DNA from: Chloroflexota bacterium
GTDB taxonomy: Bacteria; Chloroflexota; Dehalococcoidia; Dehalococcoidales; JAFGLR01
Assembly: GCA_016210585.1 (NCBI GenBank)
Contig: JACQTX010000044.1
Coordinates: 1 to 47,546 of the forward strand
Direction of reading: 5' to 3'
Length of the DNA stretch: 47,546 bases
In this document: piece by piece, positions 42,401 through 47,546 of the stretch
Position numbering within the stretch: the stretch's first letter is position 1
How the letters are laid out: every line of letters starts with the position of its first letter
Made by a program: the position numbers and the translations under genes
The notes under the pieces: generated by a model
Databases searched by the model: none
Told to the model about the DNA's origin: nothing
The model's input: the letters and a program-made list of their open reading frames with translations, nothing else

Positions 42401-42774
42401 GGGAGCTTGCCGAGTGGCAGCAGCGCAGCCATGACCGTGAGTTCCAGCTTTTCACCAGCGGCTGGGTGGCGGACTACCTCGACCCGCAGAACTTCCTGGA
42501 GGTCCTCTTCCACAGCCAGAGCGAGGAGAACCATCTGGCCTATGCCAACCCGGCAGTGGATGCGGCGCTGGCAGAGGCGGCCGTTACGCGGGATAACGCG
42601 GCCCGCCTCAAGAAATATCAGGAGATAGAGAAAACGATTCTGCAGGACCTGCCTGCGGCACCCTTCGACCAGAGTGGTAAAAGCTACACACTGGTCAAGC
42701 CCTATGTCAAAGGGTTTAACCTGTATCCCATCTCCGTCAACCAGTGGTGGGAAATCTCCATAGTACCCCATTAG
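39418..42774 (+). CDS. multidomain lipoprotein: 3 CARDB-like repeats + 2 PsbP/DcrB-like domains + family-5 (OppA/DppA-type) ABC substrate-binding domain
   Basis: Strong RBS. Lipobox LSGC and a Thr/Pro stalk. Three repeats of about 90 aa (aa 54-324). Two domains of about 140 aa begin F.YTMLYPKGW and HGFALTLPTGW. From about aa 625 there are SBP_bac_5-type blocks (IVTLDPAL, GLVRIDKDLKVAPDIAERW, YTFYLRAGVKFHNGK, LERNDNFY). Confidence 0.8.
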   Translation: MKTKRLGFLFVLILAIVSLVLSGCTRTTPVPTPTPTVTTTPTPIPAPPPQPTPRFEIAALTIMPARVVVGQPVTIEASVANMGNAAGSYTVVFKINDATVETKDVALGAGEQKTVAFQYTARAAGKQKVELNTLAGTVEVLRPAEFRVTSIGVSPAEIIAGKDITINVEIENTGEVEGTYPAKVTVDGKVVASKDVTVGANARNTFSFPHILDKSGARVIDVGGVTKTVTALKAAELKASLVKVTPALVFPGQTATVEAEVTNAGEVKGNLTASLRVNNVEVDTRPLSLDAGATSKPSFTVVRDQPGSYEIKVGEATASLTVAEVETSTSEAFNYTMLYPKGWVLNEDNPQQVTMVKQGVGLLMVVAEIVPVAVSSEEYFRLFSSSLASSVSDLKTISQNEVRENGAIVGFRLELSFTATNGAKTRGSYLITKRGRFAFIAFGQVAESVWDLNAAVIDAALNSFKPPVVAVGSYANDVHGFALTLPTGWDARETGDRVRVVEVLNTAGLPLIRTSVFVERVDETATAQPYALEFAGSFQGQTGYKLVSQGQATLAGTAAYEVILTITAGTTPLTMRIVSAKRGTQMFTIHLVTATTTYDSQRNTIDQLVRSFALTEPKPFGVSRQDSLFLWQGDIVTLDPALSEDAPDGIIGAIFSGLVRIDKDLKVAPDIAERWDISADGKTYTFYLRAGVKFHNGKAVTAHDLKYSWERALDPQTKSRKARTYMGDIVGAADMLAGKATELSGVKVIDDRTLQVTIDGPKPYFLGKLAYVTAFVVDRANVARGKGWTDAPNGTGPFELKQWLKDELLVLERNDNFYLGPAKLQNIVFQIFAGRPMLMYENGELDVTGVGLNDIERVLDPADPLNKELLTVQRFQNGFLGFNVTKPPFDDPKVRRAFALAVDWNKIIEVSLKGVVERAAGYVPPGVPGHNAELKPLPFDPTQAKQLIAESKYGSVDKLPPVTLYVLFGAGPSDEAMVAMWQQNLGVAVNVEAVRELAEWQQRSHDREFQLFTSGWVADYLDPQNFLEVLFHSQSEENHLAYANPAVDAALAEAAVTRDNAARLKKYQEIEKTILQDLPAAPFDQSGKSYTLVKPYVKGFNLYPISVNQWWEISIVPH
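39577..40389 (+). repeat. three tandem coding repeats (CARDB-like Ig-fold modules)
   Basis: Repeat units aa 54-142, 144-233 and 235-324. They share the pattern (V/I).P..(V/I)..G...T(I/V)E(A/I).V.N.G...G.Y...(V/L).(V/I)(N/D)...V....V.(L/V).A(G/N)....SF. Confidence 0.7.
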
Positions 42775-42828
42775 TCTCGCAGCAACAATGTTATGCGTTA
42801 TGCGAACTTTGGAAGAGAAATTGTAATC

Positions 42829-42897
42829 AGCTATCAGCACTCAGCCGTCAGCATTCAGCTTAAAATGGTAATAGCTGATTGCTGAACGCTGAAAGCT
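42829..42897. repeat. palindromic intercistronic repeat (agctatcagc family), second copy
   Basis: agctatcagcactcagc (42829-42845) and agctgattgctgaacgctgaaagct (42873-42897). It belongs to the same family as 21507-21585. Confidence 0.6.
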
Positions 42898-42923
42898 AAA
42901 TTGTTCGAACCAAGGATTAAGGA

Positions 42924-44327
42924 ATGTCTAGACCAGCCGGACTGAAACACAGTTTTATCGTCCTCCTGCTTCTCCTGGGCCTGATGTCGGGTCTCGTGGC
43001 GTGCCGGGGCGCGGCGTCTGTGACGGCGCCCACCACATCACCGGTTACGTCGCCAATTGCTACGCCAGCACCGATACCTGGCCCACCGCCTAGCCCCTCT
43101 CCTTCCCTCTCGCCCACACTTACTACAGTGCCTGTCCCGACGCCGACACCAACGCCCACCACGTCTCCCTCACCGGTAATCACGGTGACGCCTACACCAA
43201 CGCCAACGGCAACACCGACACTCACACCGACTGCCACACCCACTCTGACAGTGACGCCCTCACCCACGCCTACTCCCACCACTACGGCCACGCCCACACC
43301 CACCGCACCCGCCGAAATCACCATAGCTGGTAACCGAGCTGTGATTGACTTTCCAGATAGAGTAAGTTTCACCGTGGAAGGTAGCAGTATCCTGCCCGTG
43401 AAAAACATCAGCCTGGAGTATGGCACCAACCGGCGCTCTGTAGTCAGCCAGATAAACCGGGTGACACCGGAGTTTGGGCCAGGGGTCAGAATCAATACCG
43501 GCTGGGCGTGGGAGATGAAGAAGACTGGCTCCATCCCGCCCGGTGCGGCAATCTGGTGGCAGTGGCGCTTCACGGATGAAGCGGGGCGGAGCTACGTCAC
43601 GCCGCGCCAGACGATAGTCTTCGAAGATACTCGCTTCCAATGGCAGGTGGAAAAGGCTGCCAGCATGGACATCTACTGGCACACCCAGGATGCCAGCCTC
43701 ATCAAGGAGCTGATGGCTGTGCTTGAGGCCAAACTGGCCCGTGTGCAACTGGATGTCAAAATTCCGCCGGAGAGAAAGCCTCGGATTCTCGTATACCTCA
43801 GCTCGGAGCAGGTGCGCACCGCCGTGCTCTTCCAGCCGGAGTGGACAGGAGCGCTGGCTTTCTCCGACTACAACATCATACTTACGGCAGTCAACCCGGG
43901 TAACCTTGAGTGGGCCAAGAACGCCCTGCCTCACGAGATTACGCACCTGCTCGTCGGCGAAGCCGTCTTTGGCCCCTTTGGCGATATGCCCACCTGGTTG
44001 AACGAGGGCCTGGCCCGCTACAGCGAAGGTGACTTGAGCAGCTTCGACCGCGCTGCCATAGACAACGCGGCCAGGGAGGGCCGGCTTATCTCGGTGCGGA
44101 GCCTGGGCGCCAGCTTCCCGGCAGGCCCGGACCAAGCCCTGCTCGCCTACGCCCAGAGCGGCAGCCTCGTCACCTATCTCATTGACACCTACGGGTGGCC
44201 CAAAATACGCGATCTGCTCAATGTTTTCAAAGAAGGCAGCACCTACGATAATGCCCTCAGAAAAGTCTATGGCTTCGATACCGCCGGCCTGGAGCGGGAG
44301 TGGCGGGCCGCCATCGGCGCCCGTTAA
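42924..44327 (+). CDS. MA-clan (gluzincin, Peptidase_MA_2-like) Zn-metallopeptidase lipoprotein with ~100-aa Thr/Pro stalk
   Basis: Lipobox GLVAC and a very long TP-rich linker. The HEITH...WLNEGLARYSEG block gives HExxH plus a downstream Glu ligand. Confidence 0.7.
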   Translation: MSRPAGLKHSFIVLLLLLGLMSGLVACRGAASVTAPTTSPVTSPIATPAPIPGPPPSPSPSLSPTLTTVPVPTPTPTPTTSPSPVITVTPTPTPTATPTLTPTATPTLTVTPSPTPTPTTTATPTPTAPAEITIAGNRAVIDFPDRVSFTVEGSSILPVKNISLEYGTNRRSVVSQINRVTPEFGPGVRINTGWAWEMKKTGSIPPGAAIWWQWRFTDEAGRSYVTPRQTIVFEDTRFQWQVEKAASMDIYWHTQDASLIKELMAVLEAKLARVQLDVKIPPERKPRILVYLSSEQVRTAVLFQPEWTGALAFSDYNIILTAVNPGNLEWAKNALPHEITHLLVGEAVFGPFGDMPTWLNEGLARYSEGDLSSFDRAAIDNAAREGRLISVRSLGASFPAGPDQALLAYAQSGSLVTYLIDTYGWPKIRDLLNVFKEGSTYDNALRKVYGFDTAGLEREWRAAIGAR

Positions 44328-44567
44328 AAGACCGATCCCTTACAGCAATTCCCGCCCCTCTTCTTAAGTAATAACCAATAACCAACGTTCAAACACACAC
44401 CAGCACAAACCAGGCATTTGGAATTTGAGATTTGGAAATTGGTTATTGTCTCTTGTATCTTGCTTATTCTTTTTACCTCGTCAGTGCCCCTCATGGCAAA
44501 TAACCTGACGGATACAGTCACGAAAAATCCGTTGCCTTCCCCCCCTTACTAAGTAGATTTACGGATT

Positions 44568-44594
44568 TTGACCGCCTGAAATCAAGGCTACAAT
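44568..44594 (+). promoter_or_regulatory. promoter candidate for ppdK
   Basis: TTGACC (44568-44573), 15-nt spacer (short), TACAAT (44589-44594). Confidence 0.25.
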
Positions 44595-44665
44595 GGGAAA
44601 AAGAATCGCGTATTGCGCCAATTCGCCTGTCTTTCCGCAAATCTTTGCTCCGGAGGAGGGATATC

Positions 44666-46942
44666 ATGGACTACGTCTATACCTTCAAAGAGGGGTTCAA
44701 GGACAAATCGCAGCTTGGTAACAAGGGGGCCAACCTGGTGATAATGGTGCAGCTAGGCCTGCCGGTGCCGCCCGGCTTTGTTATCTCCATAGACGCCTAC
44801 AAAAAATGGCGTGAGACCGGGCTTCTCCCCGATGAGGAAATCAGCAGTGCCGTGGCTGAGCTGGAGATGGTGATGGGCCGGAAGATGGGCAAAGGCCTGG
44901 AGGTATCCGTCCGCTCCTCTGCGCCTGTCTCCATGCCGGGTATGATGGACACCGTGCTCAACATCGGCGACTACGAGGTTATGCGCGGTGCCATCCGGCG
45001 TATCTTCGAGTCCTGGGACAACATGCGGGCGGTGGAGTACCGCCGGCTGAATAAGATCCCAGCCAATCTGGGCACAGCGGCCATTGTCCAGGCTATGGTC
45101 TATGGTAACCGTGACGAACGGTCAGGCACAGGAGTGGTCTTTACCCGTAACCCTAGCACCGGCGAGAAAGGCCTTTTTGGCGAATACCTGATGCAGGCGC
45201 AGGGAGAAGACCTGGTCTCCGGGGCCCGCACTCCGCAGCCCATCGCCACCCTGCACTCGCTGATGCCGCCGGTCTTTGATGAGCTGGTGAAAATCGGCGA
45301 AAGGCTGGAGAGACATTTCTGCGATATGCAGGACATCGAGTTTACCGTCGAGTCCGGCAAGCTTTACATCTTACAGACCCGCAGCGGCAAGCGTAGCGGC
45401 CGCGCCGCCGTGAAAATCGTTGTGGATATGGTCGCGGAGAATGTGGTGAACCAGGAAGAGGCCATCATGCGAGTTACCGTTGACGAGATTACCGGACTAT
45501 TGCACAAGCAGCTCAAGGGCACAGACAGCTACCGGCCTATCGTGAAGGGGCTGAATGCGGCGCCCGGTGCCGCCCACGGGCGCGCCGCCTTTGACGTCGC
45601 TGAGGCACTGGCACAGGCCAAGAAGGGCGTCCCCATAATCCTGGTGCGCCCGGAGACCAGCCCGGATGACATCCAGGGTATCGCCGCCGCCGAGGGGGTG
45701 CTGACACAGAAGGGCGGGCTGACCTCCCACGCCGCCATTGTCACCCGCGCCATGGGTAAGCCCTGCATCGCCGGCGCAGAAGGTATCAGCATCAACATGA
45801 CCGCTCGCCATTTCAACGTCAATGGCCTGGTGGTCAGGGAGGGTGATGAGTTGACCATTGACGGCACCAGCGGCAACGTCTATCTGGGGCGGCTGCCCCT
45901 TGAGCCGGTCAGCCTCTTTCCTGAGTTCCAGGAGCTACTGAGTTGGGCAGATGGTTTCAAACGCCTCGGCGTGCAGGCCAACGCCGATACGCCGGAGATG
46001 ATTGCCCAGGCCAGGTTGTTCGGTGCCCAGGGCATCGGCCTCTGCCGCACGGAACGCATGTTCAACGCCCCGGAGCGTCTCTCCCTTATCCGTGAGTTCA
46101 TCCTGGCCGATACCGCCACGGGGCGGATGAATGCCATTGAGCGCCTGCGGGAGGTGCAGACCCTTGACTTCGTAGCCCTTTTCCGGGAACTGGCGGGGCT
46201 GCCCATTATCATCAGGCTGCTCGACCTGCCCCTGCACGAATTCTTACCGCCGGAGTATGAGGTGAGCGACCCGCGGGTGAAGCACCGCATCGCTGAGCTT
46301 AGGGAGACCAACCCAATGCTCGGCCACCGCGGCGTGAGACTGGCGGTGACCTCGCCGGAGATATACCAGATGCAGATTGAGGCCGTCGCCCAGGCCCGCA
46401 GCCAGGTCCCCGCCAATGTGGCCATTATGATTCCCCAAGTCGTCACGGCGCAGGAAGCCCGTTCCGTCAAACGCCTGTTCACCGGCACGCCGTCTAAATT
46501 CGGTGTCATGATGGAGACGGTGCGTGCCTGCATGCGTGCCGCACAGCTTGCTGAAGAGGTTGATTTCCTGTCCTTTGGCACCAATGACCTCACCCAGGCC
46601 GTTTTCTCCTTCAGCCGGGAGGATGCCGAGAAGAAGTTCCTCACCACCTACCTGGAGCTGGGCATTTTGCAGGACAATCCCTTTGAGATTATTGACGTCA
46701 AGGGGGTAGGCCGTCTTATGGAGACCGCCATCTTCTGGGCACGGCGGGCGAAGAAAGAGATAGAGATTGGCGTCTGCGGCGAGCAAGCCGGCGAGCCGCG
46801 CTCCGTCCGCTACTTCCACACCATTGGCATTGACTACGTCAGCTGCAGCCCCTTCCGCATACCCGTCGCCAAGCTAGTAGCCGCCCAGGCGGCCATTCAG
46901 AGCCGCCCTGAAGCCGCCCGGGCAGAGATCCCCTGCGGCTAA
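44666..46942 (+). CDS. ppdK: pyruvate, phosphate dikinase (short form, 758 aa)
   Basis: I prefer ATG 44666 after GGAGGAGGG. It has GNKGANL, SVRSSAPVSMPGMMDTVLN, DMQDIEFTVE.GKLYILQTR and the phospho-His block GGLTSHAAIVTRAMGKPC. The PEP-utilising C-domain has NDLTQ and CGEQAG. Confidence 0.9.
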   Translation: MDYVYTFKEGFKDKSQLGNKGANLVIMVQLGLPVPPGFVISIDAYKKWRETGLLPDEEISSAVAELEMVMGRKMGKGLEVSVRSSAPVSMPGMMDTVLNIGDYEVMRGAIRRIFESWDNMRAVEYRRLNKIPANLGTAAIVQAMVYGNRDERSGTGVVFTRNPSTGEKGLFGEYLMQAQGEDLVSGARTPQPIATLHSLMPPVFDELVKIGERLERHFCDMQDIEFTVESGKLYILQTRSGKRSGRAAVKIVVDMVAENVVNQEEAIMRVTVDEITGLLHKQLKGTDSYRPIVKGLNAAPGAAHGRAAFDVAEALAQAKKGVPIILVRPETSPDDIQGIAAAEGVLTQKGGLTSHAAIVTRAMGKPCIAGAEGISINMTARHFNVNGLVVREGDELTIDGTSGNVYLGRLPLEPVSLFPEFQELLSWADGFKRLGVQANADTPEMIAQARLFGAQGIGLCRTERMFNAPERLSLIREFILADTATGRMNAIERLREVQTLDFVALFRELAGLPIIIRLLDLPLHEFLPPEYEVSDPRVKHRIAELRETNPMLGHRGVRLAVTSPEIYQMQIEAVAQARSQVPANVAIMIPQVVTAQEARSVKRLFTGTPSKFGVMMETVRACMRAAQLAEEVDFLSFGTNDLTQAVFSFSREDAEKKFLTTYLELGILQDNPFEIIDVKGVGRLMETAIFWARRAKKEIEIGVCGEQAGEPRSVRYFHTIGIDYVSCSPFRIPVAKLVAAQAAIQSRPEAARAEIPCG

Positions 46943-47212
46943 GGTCACACCCTTTTTGTCATCTCCTAGCACCGGGGCACTGACGTCATTTCAGTCTGCC
47001 CGAAAGCAGTCATCCTGGACCAGGTGCGGAAGCCTGGTGGCGCGGCGGTTGGGGTCTCGCCCTCGCCGAAATCATAGCATAGCATCTGTATCTGCTGCGA
47101 AAACGGCCATCCGGGGGTGGGTTTCAGCTCGACTCCATCTACCAGGCTTTTACCTCATAGAATTCCCCCCCAACACCCGCAAACCGTGGGTCCTTAAGTA
47201 GTTCTCAAAAGT

Positions 47213-47343
47213 GTCATGGCGAACGCATCCTTCCCAAAGGGAAGGAGCCGAAGTCCTTCTAAGAAGGAGGGGCAAGCGGGTGCGAATCGTCCTCCCGCCG
47301 AAGGACATCGCCTTTCTTCTACAAAGGAATGGCCGCACAATGA
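47213..47343. mobile_element. MITE-like palindromic element, copy 2 (inverted relative to 24839-24992)
   Basis: Terminal gtcatggcgaacgc / gccgcacaatgac and internal hairpins tccttccc/gggaagga and tccttct/agaagga. Its reverse complement aligns block-wise with copy 1. Confidence 0.55.
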
Positions 47344-47508
47344 CGGTTCTCGGAAGTCCGCCAATTCATCATTAGAACGCCTGGGGTGACTAATTTGAAT
47401 CTAAATCCACGGACTAACGGAACTCCATCACTTATTGACGAATGTCTTTGAGATGTAGTAGTCTATTTTGGGGATGTGGACGACGACTACAGCCGTCCAC
47501 ATTCTTGT

Positions 47509-47546
47509 GCCGAGGTGGCGGAATGGCAGACGCGCTACGTTCAGGG
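47509..47546 (+). tRNA. tRNA-Leu (anticodon CAG), 5' part only, cut by the window end
   Basis: GCCGAGGTGGCGGAATGGCAGACGCGCTACGTTCAGGG. This gives an acceptor stem, a long Leu-type D-arm (GGCGGAATGGCAGACGC), the anticodon stem CTACG and the loop TTCAGGG. Confidence 0.8.

Noticed and set aside
42917-43573. Gly/Val-rich antisense ORFs (42917..43573, 2222..2584, 34568..34819, 34579..34794, 39348..39668).
   Set aside because: They are the reverse-complement reading of the Thr/Pro linker-coding tracts of the lipoprotein genes. They are low-complexity artefacts.
1-47546. CRISPR arrays, rRNA genes, transposases/integrases, prophage genes and toxin-antitoxin pairs.
   Set aside because: I looked for regularly spaced direct repeats and for characteristic motifs. 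The repeats present are palindromic and irregular, at most two copies each. No integrase, transposase or phage-like ORF was recognised.

Overview
This 47.5-kb window is densely coding, with about 40 genes. GC is roughly 55-60% in hand-counted samples. I saw no rRNA, CRISPR array, transposase or integrase. All family assignments come from motif recognition by eye; no searches were run. The gene content suggests an uncultured anaerobic Chloroflexota/Dehalococcoidia-like bacterium: Thr/Pro-stalked lipoproteins, TRAP transporters, amidohydrolase/CoA-ligase/DUF35-thiolase genes, NuoEF-linked formate dehydrogenases, an NrpR-like regulator and many GC-rich palindromic intergenic repeats. That taxonomic call is inference only.

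Layout:
- 0.1-10.3 kb (+): amidohydrolase, a truncated aldehyde:ferredoxin oxidoreductase remnant, TRAP cassette 1 with an amidinotransferase-superfamily gene between dctP and dctQM, then VOC / PaaK-like ligase / DUF35 / thiolase.
- 10.8-11.3 kb (-): NYN-domain gene.
- 11.8-24.2 kb (+): DUF5679 mini-protein, pdxT, NrpR-like regulator, hisF, GltB-domain FMN protein, ferredoxin, orphan histidine kinase, then LhgO-like FAD dehydrogenase, NuoE, NuoF and an FdhA-like protein.
- 24.2-27.9 kb: small accessory stretch with Zn-ribbon proteins, acpS and a low-GC DUF262 gene.
- 27.9-34.1 kb (-): selenocysteine FdhA, a NuoF::GltD fusion and NuoE.
- 34.6-47.5 kb (+): TRAP cassette 2 plus a second amidinotransferase paralogue, a 1118-aa CARDB/PsbP-like/SBP5 lipoprotein, an MA-clan peptidase lipoprotein, a short ppdK and a partial tRNA-Leu(CAG).

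Most notable points:
1. The two minus-strand FDH ORFs are one selenoprotein gene. They are joined by an in-frame TGA followed by an fdhF-like SECIS hairpin.
2. The plus-strand FdhA paralogue has Sec/Cys, His and Arg of the catalytic site all replaced, yet keeps its Fe-S motifs. It sits in an apparent operon with an FAD dehydrogenase and NuoEF, making it a candidate undescribed redox complex.
3. Two paralogous TRAP-transporter plus amidinotransferase-like cassettes may form an uptake/catabolism system for guanidino-type acids.
4. A NuoF::GltD fusion partners the Sec-FDH.
5. There are several families of MITE/REP-like palindromic repeats.
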